A stretch of 64,000 nucleotides of DNA from Histomonas meleagridis 2922-C6/04-290x (taxonomy: Eukaryota > Protista > Parabasalia), in NCBI GenBank assembly GCA_020184695.1, contig JAANOX010000037.1:62001-126000 (forward strand). Direction: 5' to 3'. The translations under genes and the position numbers were made by a program. Shown here piece after piece: positions 32,407 through 43,894 of this stretch. The notes under the pieces were generated by a model. That model was given only the letters and a program-made list of their open reading frames with translations. It was not told the DNA's origin and made no database searches. The number at the start of each line of letters is the position of its first letter. Within the stretch, counting starts at the first letter, position 1.

Positions 32407-34146
32407 TTATTCAAAGTCGTCTTCTTCTTCCCAATCCACTTCATCCCAACCGTTTATTCTTTCTATTTCGATGTTATGGGCATCATTTCTTTTATGTTGC
32501 CTATGTATGACATTCTTTTTCACATCTTTTCTTTCCTCTTCTTCCTCATCATCATCATTGCTTGAAATGTTATCCCAACCATCATTTACGTCATTAACCA
32601 CAACGTTTTTCATTTGAACGTTTTCCTTTTTCTGTTCCTTCACTTCAACGTTTAAGTTAACTCCATCACATAACTCATCGACGTATTGTTTAAATAGTTT
32701 TAATGCCAAAATTTTCACATCATCACAACTATCAACACACAAATGAGATATTGACGGAATGATAACTTTAGCGACGTCATTCTTATCGAAATATTTATTC
32801 GTAGTTTTCCAAGCGGCTATTGCTGCTTTCCGCGCAGGTGGAAATTGATCCAACGCTGCTTTCGTAAAGCATTGCGATAATGTTTGATTACGAAACTCAG
32901 GCTCAATATATTCAGCTATCTTTGCAAGACAAACAATAGAATTACAACGAATCGATGGCTCATTATCAGAATGCAATTTTTTAAGCTCGCGAATTAAGTT
33001 ACGGATATTGGTGACATTTAAATATGGGGCTAAATGTACCATCGAAATAATTGTAGACGCTTTAAGCGTATTGGATGAATCACTAAGTCCTAAAACTACA
33101 TTAGGAAATATTCGATCATTAATCGTTTTGTTGTTTAAATGTGGTAATATGTTGGTAATTTGCGTTAATAAACTGACACGAATACTTCGATCTTTGTTCT
33201 CAAATAATGGTAAAATGTTAGGAATGATGATTTCATCAAAAGTTTCGGTTTTCAAACTTTTTGATAGAGAAAAAATTAACGGAATTATTGATGGCTCTTG
33301 TGCATATGAAAGTGAGGATAGAAGCTTAGGTAATAAAAGATATTCACACATAGACGGTGAAAAGTTTGGGATATAATCAATAAGTTTCTTAAAAAATGTT
33401 TCGCGTTCAAAAGAATCTTTCATGGGAAGATCACGTAAAAATAATAAATGTTGAACAAAGTTGTCTGACTTCCATTCAGGAAGTGAGAGAAAGTCTTTTG
33501 GATCAGGTAAATTACCATTGTTGTTTTTCCATTTTTGAATATATTTATTCGTTTTGCGTGGTAATGACTTTTGCCATGAGGAAAGAATAGTCCCCGAAAA
33601 GAAAAGATCAGCTGTGGTAGGATCTAAATTTGTGACTGAAATGGATTTAAGCCAATCTTTATGATATGTATTAATTGGCCCATCATTGTTAATGGTAAGC
33701 CACTGAAGCCCACCAACTTTAAGTTCATGACCATTGGTTAGAAAGAGAGAGTCAGTTTTGAGATTTCCATGAATTCCATTGGCATCATGCATAAAACTTA
33801 CAAAGTCAATAAGAGTATAAGCAGCATATGATATTTCTTTTGGTGATATTTTGGATTCATCAAATGCTAATAATTTCTCAGTAACAACATATGAAGCTCC
33901 TTCATGATCATATGATTCAATAAAATTTGGAATAGATGGGTGTCTAATTGTTCTCCATGATTTTATTGCATTTTGTGTTAAAGCTTGCTCCAAAGGATTT
34001 GATTTTGGTCGAAATTCAAAAATTGAAAATTCTTTTTGGTCGGAATTTCGAATTCCATGAAACATTTTTATACTTAGAGGATTCTCTGAAAAGGATATTT
34101 GATCACCAAGTGTATAAGGCGGCCCTTTTTTTCTAAAAAACCACAT
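32407..34146 (-). CDS. SCY1-like pseudokinase (SCYL1/Cex1) with HEAT repeats
   Basis: Kinase-like N-lobe, WRTIRHP, IHGNL, LKVGGL; HEAT region DRSIRVSLL, EPSIRCNSIVCLAKIA, DQFPPARKAAI; acidic tail. Confidence 0.85.
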   Translation of the reverse strand: MWFFRKKGPPYTLGDQISFSENPLSIKMFHGIRNSDQKEFSIFEFRPKSNPLEQALTQNAIKSWRTIRHPSIPNFIESYDHEGASYVVTEKLLAFDESKISPKEISYAAYTLIDFVSFMHDANGIHGNLKTDSLFLTNGHELKVGGLQWLTINNDGPINTYHKDWLKSISVTNLDPTTADLFFSGTILSSWQKSLPRKTNKYIQKWKNNNGNLPDPKDFLSLPEWKSDNFVQHLLFLRDLPMKDSFERETFFKKLIDYIPNFSPSMCEYLLLPKLLSSLSYAQEPSIIPLIFSLSKSLKTETFDEIIIPNILPLFENKDRSIRVSLLTQITNILPHLNNKTINDRIFPNVVLGLSDSSNTLKASTIISMVHLAPYLNVTNIRNLIRELKKLHSDNEPSIRCNSIVCLAKIAEYIEPEFRNQTLSQCFTKAALDQFPPARKAAIAAWKTTNKYFDKNDVAKVIIPSISHLCVDSCDDVKILALKLFKQYVDELCDGVNLNVEVKEQKKENVQMKNVVVNDVNDGWDNISSNDDDEEEEERKDVKKNVIHRQHKRNDAHNIEIERINGWDEVDWEEEDDFE

Positions 34147-34483
34147 TTGGTTTTAACTGTGGGGAATCCGACCAAATAACAAAGTAAAACCAAACATAAA
34201 TTTCTTTTCCAATCCTTAATAATAATGAACAAAAACAAGTGCTTTTCATTAAATCATAATATAATTAATATATTTTGTCTTCATTAATATCATTCAAATA
34301 AATTTCAATGAATTAGATATCAATCAAAAAAGAAAAAAGAACGTTAGAGCTTGATAAATCTGATGAGTTGTTTAGAGTTACTATTTTAAATTAATGCTAT
34401 CCAGTATCTTGAGTAAATCATAAACAGAATTGTGTTGTTTTGTCAACGCATGTCAACAAAAAACGTTTATTTTCCTGGTTTTT

Positions 34484-34511
34484 TCGGTTTTGAGCGACCA
34501 AGTCCCCCTTT
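34484..34511 (+). promoter_or_regulatory. Candidate trichomonad M3-like (CGGTTT) and M5 (CCTTT) core promoter elements of RPL19
   Basis: TCGGTTT at 34484 and CCTTT at 34507-34511, 8 nt before the ATG; the same arrangement precedes RPL3. Confidence 0.55.
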
Positions 34512-34518
34512 TGGAAAA

Positions 34519-35055
34519 ATGTCAAGCCTTAAACTTCAAAAGCGTTTAGCAGCATCAGTTCTTAACTGTGGCGTTGGCCGCGTATGGATGGATGAGACCG
34601 AAATTTCCACTATTGCAATGGCAAACTCACGTCAACAGATCAGAAAGCTTGTTGGTGATGGTATCATTGTCCGTCGTCCAGTCGCCATGCACTCAAGCGC
34701 ACGCCATACAAAGCGTGTTCTTGCTAAGCGCCTTGGTCGTCATAGGGGTTATGGTAAGCGTCGTGGTACACGCAATGCCCGTCTTAACTCAAAGTGGCAA
34801 TGGATCCGCCGTATTCGCGTTCTCCGTCGCACACTTAGAGACTTCAAACAGAAGAAGGAAATCGATTCCCATTTATATCGCAAATTATATCTTAAGGCTA
34901 AGGGTAACGAATTCCGTAACAAGCGTGTTTTAATGGAACATATTCACACACTCAAGGTCGAAAACGAGCGTGAAAAGAATCTTCAACAACAAATTGCAGC
35001 TCGTCGTGCTCGTAGCCGCAGAATGAGGGAAAAGAAGGCCGCCGCAGCTAAGTAA
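34519..35055 (+). CDS. RPL19: 60S ribosomal protein L19 (eL19)
   Basis: [25 protein letters not shown]...[10 protein letters not shown]; true start 34519. Confidence 0.97.
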   Translation: MSSLKLQKRLAASVLNCGVGRVWMDETEISTIAMANSRQQIRKLVGDGIIVRRPVAMHSSARHTKRVLAKRLGRHRGYGKRRGTRNARLNSKWQWIRRIRVLRRTLRDFKQKKEIDSHLYRKLYLKAKGNEFRNKRVLMEHIHTLKVENEREKNLQQQIAARRARSRRMREKKAAAAK

Positions 35056-35315
35056 ACCATACTTACTGAATAATAAGCTGATTATAAATAACTGAAAAAA
35101 CATGATCAACTTTTTCATATATTAATAATAATTTCAAATTATGTTTTAATCGGAGAAAATTATTTTATGTTTCTACTAACTTGATCACACCAATTCCAAA
35201 AATAAAATTTAATTGTAATTACTATTCATCATTTTATACGAATCATAAAAGAGGTGTAAACAAAGTTAATTAGCATACATATCCTATTTGCAAACATTTG
35301 GTTTAGTTATTTTGA

Positions 35316-35854
35316 TTAGATTTCGCCACAGTCAGAAATTATTATGTTTTGTTTTGGTACGCCATTGCTTGAACCTGCAGCTTGTATCATTTCGACAACA
35401 TTCATGCCTTCTATTACCTTGCCAAATGCAACGTGATGATTATCAAGCCATTGTGCTTTGACTAAAGTGATGAAGAATTGTCCACCATTTGTATTACGAC
35501 CACTATTTGCCATGGAAACAATTCCAGGTTGATCATGTTTAACGACGAAATTTTCGTCATCAAATCGTTGACCATAAATACTTTCGTTTTGACTTCCATC
35601 ATTTGCGATAAAGTCCCCCGATTGAATAATAAAATGTGGTATGATTCTATGGAATTTGCAACCTTTGTAGTGTAATTTTTCTCCAGATCTTCCAACACCT
35701 TTTTCTCCTGTACATAACATTCTGAAATTTTCTGCTGTTTTTGGAACTCGGTCAGCAAAAAGCTCTATTATGATTTTTCCTGCTTGCATCCCATCTATAG
35801 TTCTAGAATTAGAAATAAATCATACATATCAAGCCAAACTCTTGGGTTTGCCAT
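35316..35854 (-). CDS. Cyclophilin (PPIase), two exons: 35854-35826 and 35802-35316, 171 aa
   Basis: Removing a 23-nt intron yields the canonical N-terminus [25 protein letters not shown]; also [24 protein letters not shown] and HVAFG. Confidence 0.93.
35803..35825 (-). other. 23-nt spliceosomal intron (GTATGATTTATTTCTAATTCTAG)
   Basis: GT-AG ends, branch-like TTCTAA close to the 3' AG; removal restores frame and homology. Confidence 0.88.
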
Positions 35855-35951
35855 TTGTTTCCAAATAGTTTTCTATGGTTTACACAAACAGACTGGTTCA
35901 AAAAATAAACGTTCGAGATGGGGCACTCCAAAATGCTTATCAAATGATGTT

Positions 35952-36464
35952 TTACTTAGGAATTGAAGCGAATTGTGGTGGTTGTGGTGGTTGCCAGCCT
36001 TTCACCCATGGGCCTGGTGGAATATGCTTGTTTTCAGGGTCAACATAAGCTAATATCTTGTAGTAAGCCATTCTTAATTCTTTTCTTTGTTTAATCTTCT
36101 TAGCTTTATCTTCCTCACCTTCTACACGAACAATAGTGTTAAATGTAGAGGCATTTTCTTCAAAGAATGGGCGGATAAATCGTTTGAATAAAACAATAGA
36201 TCCATTGAAAATTGGTAATTGAAGCCATACATAGAATAATACGCGAACGATCATAAAGAATGGAACCCATGAAACGAATGGAATGAGATAAGCTTCGATG
36301 AATGATTCAACTGCAACAACAACCCAATAAATAAGCCATGTTGTATCGTCGTCCTTGTTTTCACTAATAGTAGCCTTGTAGGAAGCATATGCAGGGTATA
36401 CTACCTTCAGTGCTGTTGCCAAAAGATTTGATGCATATAGACCGAAATCGGCTAGGTACTGCAT
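35952..36464 (-). CDS. TB2/DP1/HVA22 (REEP/Yop1) family protein
   Basis: VYPAYASYKA, DDTTWLIYWVV, PFFMIVRVLFYVWLQLP..NGSIVLF; start 36464 or 36491. Confidence 0.88.
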   Translation of the reverse strand: MQYLADFGLYASNLLATALKVVYPAYASYKATISENKDDDTTWLIYWVVVAVESFIEAYLIPFVSWVPFFMIVRVLFYVWLQLPIFNGSIVLFKRFIRPFFEENASTFNTIVRVEGEEDKAKKIKQRKELRMAYYKILAYVDPENKHIPPGPWVKGWQPPQPPQFASIPK

Positions 36465-37052
36465 TTTGAATGTTGTCAAATTTCTCGTCACTTTTGATAA
36501 ATTCTATAAACGGTCGTTTGATAAGATTAATTTATAAAATAATCAACAATGATTTTATTTTCAACTGAAGTATTTACTGAGTATGCATAATATCAAAACA
36601 TTAGGCCTAACACCATTTTATTCTAAAAAGGGACTGTAAAAGATAATACTTTTTACCAATTTTTGAATATCAAAAAAAAATGTATGAAATTTGTATTTTA
36701 AGGATTTATGATTCTTATATTTATTTCATATGATACATACTAGCCCCCGAATTTTTATAATTTTGATTGCATGGAAAATTTTAGAAATGGAAAAATTTAT
36801 TCATAAAGTTTCATTTTTAATTTGTTTTTATTGATATAAACAGAAAAAAGTATCTAATCTTCACACCCTTTAAATTTAACTTCCAAAATGTTCTTGAAAT
36901 GAGAGGAATACTTGTTTGTGTCAACTACATTGAGAAGTTTATCAGACGTGAGAAACTTGTAAAAAGTTAAATAAAATTTATTTATTTTTTACAACGCAAA
37001 ATTTTCTGAAAATGTAATTCTAACAAAAAGTTTAAAGTACGTACAATTGAAG

Positions 37053-39290
37053 ATGAAGGGGAAATCAATGGAGCAATCTTTTGACTTAGCCTCAATCCAT
37101 CCTGTATTTAAATTACAATCAACGCAAGCTCTGTGGATGGGTAAGGTTAAGAAGTTAAATACTCATGGAAATTTTCAAAGTCGTTTTTTAGTGGTGACAA
37201 ATTTTGGATTATTTTTACTTGAACAAAAGGCATTTCCAAGATCACTTTTAGTGTCTCGTTTTTTGCCATATCTAAATATTACACTAATAGAGCTAAAATC
37301 ATCACAAGTAACATTTCATTGTAATGGATCCACCGCTTTAACATTAAAATCAAATGAATATATTATTTTCACAAACGTCATATATACTATTTTAAAGTTT
37401 TTGATGAAAGAACAATTGGAAGTCAAATTACAAATAACAGATGTTTTAAATGAATTTGAAGGATGTAACTTTAATTACAAAACAGAATCGATAAGAGTAG
37501 ATCGTTTTATGCTTCATGTTCTCTCAAATCATCAACTTTCTCATCTTCAAAATTTGGAGAATATAATTGAAATTACTGAAAAACTCCAAAATCCAATAAA
37601 TGAATTCACATTTACTAGTGAAACTGCTTCGTCCAATTTTATTTCCTCCATTATCTTTTGTCTTGTAAATGATCCAAATATCAATCACATTATTCTCAAA
37701 AACCTCAATCTTTGTTCTTTCTCAGAAAAAGTATTTGGCCTTGCCCAGAACAACCCAGCCATCAACAAGATAAGCTTTGAAAACATAAAATTTTCAGCAA
37801 ATCAAGAAGCCTTACAAAAAATAATTAATTCAGGTTTTGGGTCAAATGTTACCGATTTTTGTTTGAAGGAATGCGAACTTATTAATCCTGAATTTCTTGT
37901 TTTCCTTCAATCATTAAATTCTCAAAATCTTCATATATTCTCTTTATCTTTTACTAAGTGTCGCTTTTCACCGATAAACATCAAAGGGATTCTAAATGCA
38001 CTCAACGAATACTCAACATTTCAATCATTGAAGCGACTTTATTTTTATTCTGCTTCATGCTCCGAACCGCTCGATGACATTTTCACAAATTTCATAAAAA
38101 CCGCCGCATCAAACTCCATCACCAAACTTTTTCTGATCAATTGCGGCATCAATCTTTCATCGTTTTTACCAAGTGTTATGTCATCAGAGCCGTCGTACAC
38201 CAAACTTAATTTATCACGGAATGATTTTTCGAAACCACTTACACAACCAATATCTTCATTTTATGTATTAGAAAATTTAATTTTATCTTTATGTGAATTT
38301 ACAGCGGAATCATTTTCATCACTTATAAAATCTCTTTCATTAGCACAATTTTCCCCAAGTCGTATATCTTTAGATTGTATTCGATTTGATGTTAACAATA
38401 CATCAGCAATTTATGATTGCTTATCGAATTCGAGACTTTCGACTGTGTGTAACCTTTCATGGGCAAATAACCAGATGAAACCGACAGAAGTTCAGAAATT
38501 TTGTCGGTTTCTTGCAAATAATCCAAACATAGCCGATATAGACATTTCAAACTCGATTTCAATGGTTAACGTTGACGAATCAATGAAAATTTTGGCAAAT
38601 TACATCAAATCAAGTTCTATCGGCTCTTTGATTATTAGGGGTACCTCGCCGACCGTTTACGGTAGACACCTTTATCCAGTTCTTGATGAATTATCCAATG
38701 TTTCGACATTGAAACACTTGGACGTCACTGGACAAAACATACTCGACCGTGGCCTTGGGTATTTGTATAACTTAATAATTCATGGATTAGAAGAATTATA
38801 TTTCGATGGATCAGGATCATCTTTTGAATCATTAAATCAATTCATTACCGAAATGATGCAAACAGATATTACTCAAACTCAGTGGCCTGAGTCTGATGTC
38901 AAAAATATTATTTCTAATTCAAATCCATCCCAAATTAAAGAGATAGAAAACGATCTTAACAAGCTAAAAACGTCATTTTCAAAGCAATATTCAAGTACTA
39001 CAACAGATAGTTTTGGTTCACAAGCATCAAATAATACTCCAAGTACAGCTATGCCACGAAGAAGGCATAGATTGACGTACAAAAGAAGAAGAAAAGGTAC
39101 GCTCAAGAAATCCATGCCTTTACTTCCGGTCACTCGAAGAAGTATTTTGGTCAAGATGCAATGTGAGGCTGACTTCGCATATAGAGAAGAGCCTATTGCA
39201 TCATATTTCTATGAATGCTTGGGTGTGGACGCGGTAACTGAAATGAGAACTGACGTTTTACTGAATACATTTTATAAGATATATGGATGA
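37053..39290 (+). CDS. Leucine-rich repeat protein with a PH-like N-terminus (CARMIL-like)
   Basis: RFLVVTNFGLFLL PH-like segment; LRR motifs LNLSRNDF, LSWANNQM, IDISNS, LDVTGQNI. Confidence 0.7.
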   Translation: MKGKSMEQSFDLASIHPVFKLQSTQALWMGKVKKLNTHGNFQSRFLVVTNFGLFLLEQKAFPRSLLVSRFLPYLNITLIELKSSQVTFHCNGSTALTLKSNEYIIFTNVIYTILKFLMKEQLEVKLQITDVLNEFEGCNFNYKTESIRVDRFMLHVLSNHQLSHLQNLENIIEITEKLQNPINEFTFTSETASSNFISSIIFCLVNDPNINHIILKNLNLCSFSEKVFGLAQNNPAINKISFENIKFSANQEALQKIINSGFGSNVTDFCLKECELINPEFLVFLQSLNSQNLHIFSLSFTKCRFSPINIKGILNALNEYSTFQSLKRLYFYSASCSEPLDDIFTNFIKTAASNSITKLFLINCGINLSSFLPSVMSSEPSYTKLNLSRNDFSKPLTQPISSFYVLENLILSLCEFTAESFSSLIKSLSLAQFSPSRISLDCIRFDVNNTSAIYDCLSNSRLSTVCNLSWANNQMKPTEVQKFCRFLANNPNIADIDISNSISMVNVDESMKILANYIKSSSIGSLIIRGTSPTVYGRHLYPVLDELSNVSTLKHLDVTGQNILDRGLGYLYNLIIHGLEELYFDGSGSSFESLNQFITEMMQTDITQTQWPESDVKNIISNSNPSQIKEIENDLNKLKTSFSKQYSSTTTDSFGSQASNNTPSTAMPRRRHRLTYKRRRKGTLKKSMPLLPVTRRSILVKMQCEADFAYREEPIASYFYECLGVDAVTEMRTDVLLNTFYKIYG

Positions 39291-39783
39291 GAATATATAT
39301 ATATTCACCTTCAAATAGTAAATAAATTACCTTGTTTAACTTGTTATGAATGTTTTCGATTTATGGTATTAATCAGATTAATATCTGATAAGCAAAATTT
39401 TGTGTTCATTTACCAATTATTCGTTATAACTATCTCGTTTACCTTATTCATTTCATTGTGATTTTTTTATATTTACATTTTTTAACGATATATTGTATGC
39501 TCTTTAAAGAGTTAAAAAAAATGAACAAAGTGACCACTGCTTCAAGAATAGGACAGACTAACAACTTACATATGATTTGCCTTAATTCATATTAAATATT
39601 GAAAAACAGACATGATCATAAAATTTATAAACAAATTTTTAGAGTTGTTGCTTCTCTTAAATAGCTTGGGAGCTTATAAAATATACAATTAGAACAAAAA
39701 ATTTTTGTTAATAAGCTTGGAAATATTAATAGTTATGTGTAATACGTTAAAAATGGGGCACTCCGAATTATATCCCGCGGATT

Positions 39784-40617
39784 TTGAGGAGAATAAGCGA
39801 AGAAACAATAATCAAAAAAAGGAAATTAGCACAAGCTTGGCGAGATGACAATATAAATGATTACCCCGAAATTGATTTACGTTACACAGTACGGAAAAAA
39901 ACATTTTCATTTGATAAAAATAATTACATTCGAAAAGAAGAAATCTGGGATGAATATGGAAGAATTACCAAAACTGGGAATAGAGTAAATAGTTTCTCTT
40001 CAAATAGGCTTGACGATAAACCAATTTCTTATGATTCAAATGAGCAAAATATTAAACAAAAAGAAATGCGAAAAATTAGCACAAAACAGTTTATGAAAGA
40101 AAATCCAGAATTACTACCAAAAACACATACACAAGAAAAAAAGCCAAATAATCGTGCGCAAAGTCTCAAATCCAGAGATTTTGAAGGATTTTGCGAAAGG
40201 CAAGCTGCTTCTTTTAGACACAGAAATGAAGAAACCACACGAGCTTCACTTCAACCAAGATCACATTCACATATGACGCCTGCCTCGAAAAAAATCATTG
40301 AAAACATGAAACAAAAACGTAAAAACGCAGTACAACAAAATATAAGCGAAGATGAAGAACAGGTTCAGATAATTCAGATTTCGAATAAATCGACTCGGTT
40401 ACAAAAAATGGACCCTCAAAAGGAAATTTTGCGAAAGAAAGAAGTTATTTCGAAAATTTCAAGCGAAATTGAGAAAGAGCAAGAAGCGAAATCACCAATC
40501 CTTGCGCCATCAAAATATGTTCCACATCAAACACAATACTTCGTACGAAATGAAAGAGAAAGAATCAACAATAAAGCGCGTAACTTGAAGATTCTCATGG
40601 AGAGCGATGAGTTGTGA
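39784..40617 (+). CDS. Hypothetical basic/charged protein, start uncertain
   Basis: 277-codon open frame with no early ATG; an upstream ATG at 39753 is out of frame by one G in a GGGG run. Confidence 0.55.
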   Translation: MRRISEETIIKKRKLAQAWRDDNINDYPEIDLRYTVRKKTFSFDKNNYIRKEEIWDEYGRITKTGNRVNSFSSNRLDDKPISYDSNEQNIKQKEMRKISTKQFMKENPELLPKTHTQEKKPNNRAQSLKSRDFEGFCERQAASFRHRNEETTRASLQPRSHSHMTPASKKIIENMKQKRKNAVQQNISEDEEQVQIIQISNKSTRLQKMDPQKEILRKKEVISKISSEIEKEQEAKSPILAPSKYVPHQTQYFVRNERERINNKARNLKILMESDEL

Positions 40618-41079
40618 AAATGTTAACATTATTAAAATAAATATGTTTTTTATCTTATAACGTATGAACCTATTTAATTGTAATTAATCAGTTTTTAAAA
40701 AATGATCATCATATAATGGAAAATATCAAAGAAATTCAATCTTCTTTCACTACTTAAGCTAGCAACTTCAAATCGAAGGAAATGAGTTTTTAAAGGGAGA
40801 ACTTTATAGTTGGGGATTCCATTCATTTAATTGCTCAATCTTCTTGATTTTTCTTTGCTTCTGGAACATGTGCCACATCAAGGGCAATTAACTCAGGGGC
40901 TATAGTGGTTAAGTGTTTAGATCCAACACCTTCAATATTAGAAATGCAGGATTAATATATTCAAATTTTACATGTATTTATATTGAATAAATTTTAATTA
41001 TTTTAAATATTACTCATTAACTTCATATTGAATATTTTGCATATTTTAAATTAGAAATAAAACAAAACAATTGTAAACA

Positions 41080-41500
41080 CAAATGGATCATTTTCCTATT
41101 ATTCTTTAACTATGATGGACTTTCAAGGAATGATTAGGAACTCCAATTAAGTAAAGAAGGAGTTAATGCAAATGAAATACAAAAAAGTTAAGAAATAGCA
41201 TTACAAAATAATTATGATTTCCGTCAAACAATTTAAAAATCTTTATGAAAATTTGTAATTTGTAAAGCAATTCCTTCAAATGAAATAGTTATCATATTCT
41301 AGAATAAATCAAAATATATCAAGCTTGTTAAATGTACTCTTTCACATGAAAATGTTATTAATATCGAAGATCTTAATTCATTTTGTTTAATGTTTTTATT
41401 AATAAATATTTTAATATTTTAAAGTAATATACCGAAATTATTAAAAATAATTTATATAAAATAGCACTTATCATCACAATTCGAAACCTTATCGGACTTT
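41080..41500 (+). pseudogene. Highly decayed DUF3447/split-ankyrin remnant
   Basis: LSKEGVNANEI, LVKCTLSHENVINIED, an 89-nt spacer-like tract, then IALII. Confidence 0.5.
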
Positions 41501-42113
41501 ATAAAAGTGGTGTAAATTACTCAATGATCACATTGTGATGAAGCTAATGATTCCAAGCAATGGAATAACAATACTAATTCATAAAGTTTTTTAATGATCA
41601 CCAATATATATATGAAGTTATAATATAAACATATAAAAAGATATAGATGTTCAAATATTCAAATAGCTTTCCAATTATCGTTCACAACTATCCGATAATT
41701 TTTAAGATCTTTCAAGGCTCTAATAGATATAAATAAGTATTTAACACACTTTATGAAAAAGGTGTTTTAATTTATCACAACTTAGTTCAGAAAATATAAT
41801 AAAGATTAATAAATAAATGAGAAAAAGGTTACAACGTTATTGTTTTGCGCCATCTAAGTAAACTTTTTGATACAATTTTCACACCACGTTTGTATTAATA
41901 CTCGGTCACATAACATGCAGAAAATGAAGCATAAGTACTTAAAAACTTAGAAATTCGCATAAATTATCGAACATAAAACTTGCTTATTATTTAGACTATT
42001 GAGTGTTTTAAATAAAAACAGTTTAAAATTATTAGACTTACTCTTCAACAACCCAGAAAGAAAATTGTTGGGCCGTTTATGATTATATTGAAAGAATGGG
42101 CCAAAAGTGACAA

Positions 42114-43346
42114 ATGAATAAAGGTTCAAAAGTAAGGCCATATGAAAGGATTAATCAGCCTGACAGCTTAAATCAAGATTATGGTAAATCACAACATGTT
42201 GAAAATAAAAATGTTCAGCCGATTCGGCAAAAAGCAGAATTGAGAAGAGAAAATCTTGATATTTCACCAATTCATACTGTTTTCCTTCGTAACCTAGACT
42301 CAAAGTTAAGTACACAAAAACTCAAAGAGATAGCTTCTGAATTTGGAGAAGTATTTTTAACTTTTAGCCGTGTTAATCAAAAAGGAATAGCTTTTATTAC
42401 TTTTTATGATTCTCGTGATGCTAAAAAAGCTGTTGATGGACTTGAGGGTCGCAATATTCAAAACCGAGAAATCCACACTTCATTTGCATATTCATCACCT
42501 GATGCAAATTTCGACCCTACTCAAACATGTTCTACGATAACTGTTAAGATTTCACCCGGAGAACAAACTGTTACCAAAGATGAGGTCCAAGAGGCATTTT
42601 CGAAATTTGGTGAAATTAGCGATTTTATTGAAAAAAGCGAAAATGAGTTTGTTGTCAAGTATTATGATCTTCGAGCGGCCAAGAAAGCTGTTGAAGAATC
42701 TGGTACTGTTGAGATTCATGATATCAAAACTGAAGTTGTATTTAATCTTGAAGATGATGACGACCAAAAGAGTCGTCCTACAGAAACTGAACGTGAACGC
42801 GACGAACGTCGAAGAGCCGAACGTTCTCGTAACAACAGACGAAAAGAAGATCGATATCGAAATGATAATTCTAAAGGAAGAAGAGATGACAACTACGAAC
42901 AAAACTATCAAAACTACCAAGGCCCATATCCGGGGCAACCATATCCATACCCATATCCATATTCATATATGAATCCAGGATTTATATATATGGGTTATCC
43001 TCCACAACCATATGGTATGGCGTACCCTTATCCACCACAACAGTACCCCCCTGTGAATCAAGAGTACTACCAACAGCAGTATATGCAACAACAACCGCCT
43101 CAACAACAGTACCAACAACCGCCGCCACAACCTCCACAACCGCAACCGCCGCAACAACAACCGCAACCGCTTCAACCGCAACAGAACGATCAGACTCAAC
43201 AACAACAAACTATAACAAAGCCTGAAGCAACAGAAAAGAAATCACCATTTAACCCTCCAGATACACAACAAGGTAATGCAGATGGCGATAGTGCAGAAAA
43301 GCCAGACATCAGAGGATTACTCCAAAAAATGTTTGGTAGTGAGTGA
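42114..43346 (+). CDS. RNA-binding protein with two RRMs and a P/Q/Y-rich low-complexity tail
   Basis: TVFLRNL, KGIAFITFYDSRDAKKA, FVVKYYDLRAAKKA. Confidence 0.88.
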   Translation: MNKGSKVRPYERINQPDSLNQDYGKSQHVENKNVQPIRQKAELRRENLDISPIHTVFLRNLDSKLSTQKLKEIASEFGEVFLTFSRVNQKGIAFITFYDSRDAKKAVDGLEGRNIQNREIHTSFAYSSPDANFDPTQTCSTITVKISPGEQTVTKDEVQEAFSKFGEISDFIEKSENEFVVKYYDLRAAKKAVEESGTVEIHDIKTEVVFNLEDDDDQKSRPTETERERDERRRAERSRNNRRKEDRYRNDNSKGRRDDNYEQNYQNYQGPYPGQPYPYPYPYSYMNPGFIYMGYPPQPYGMAYPYPPQQYPPVNQEYYQQQYMQQQPPQQQYQQPPPQPPQPQPPQQQPQPLQPQQNDQTQQQQTITKPEATEKKSPFNPPDTQQGNADGDSAEKPDIRGLLQKMFGSE

Positions 43347-43894
43347 CTTTCGCTTTTATTTGAGATTAGAATAAAGAATTTTACATGTTGTGTGTGGTTG
43401 ATTAACAAATGCATATAAGATAAATTCGAAATGAGCGATTCATATGAATAAAAATACCATTGTGAGCTTATAGAATAGTAATTTAATCTTAAAACAATAT
43501 CTTCTCTAATAGATTAGGTCATAGTAAGTATATTTTTGGAGATTATGAAATTTATAATTGAACCAAACATTTGTTTGTTTGGTTCAGTTGCTATTTTTGA
43601 TATAAACATCTTAAGTAAAAAATAGTTGTACTACTTAAATAATAAGAAAAAAGAAGATTCAAACATATTTAATCATTTTTTTAAGATATGTCTTTGATCT
43701 AAGTGAATTTTTACACTAAACACTCACAATTCAAGTACTTTAAATATATTAGAATAAAAGTTACACAATTCATAGATATTTAGTTTTTGTTGGGGGCATT
43801 TTTTGACGATAAATTTTGAATAATTTACATGATTTTGAATGAATGAAGCCGATTTTTGAATTCAAATTGAATTTAAATCACATCACTTTCTTAA

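Noticed and set aside
34432-34518. N-terminal extensions from GTG/TTG or upstream starts in the ORF track (RPL19, RPL3, Snf7, Aha1_N, 49317 ORF)
   Set aside because: Homology begins at downstream ATGs, and the extensions overlap promoter motifs.
40800-40960. Kinase-like remnant (minus strand TTIAPELIAL)
   Set aside because: A single short motif with no other kinase subdomains.
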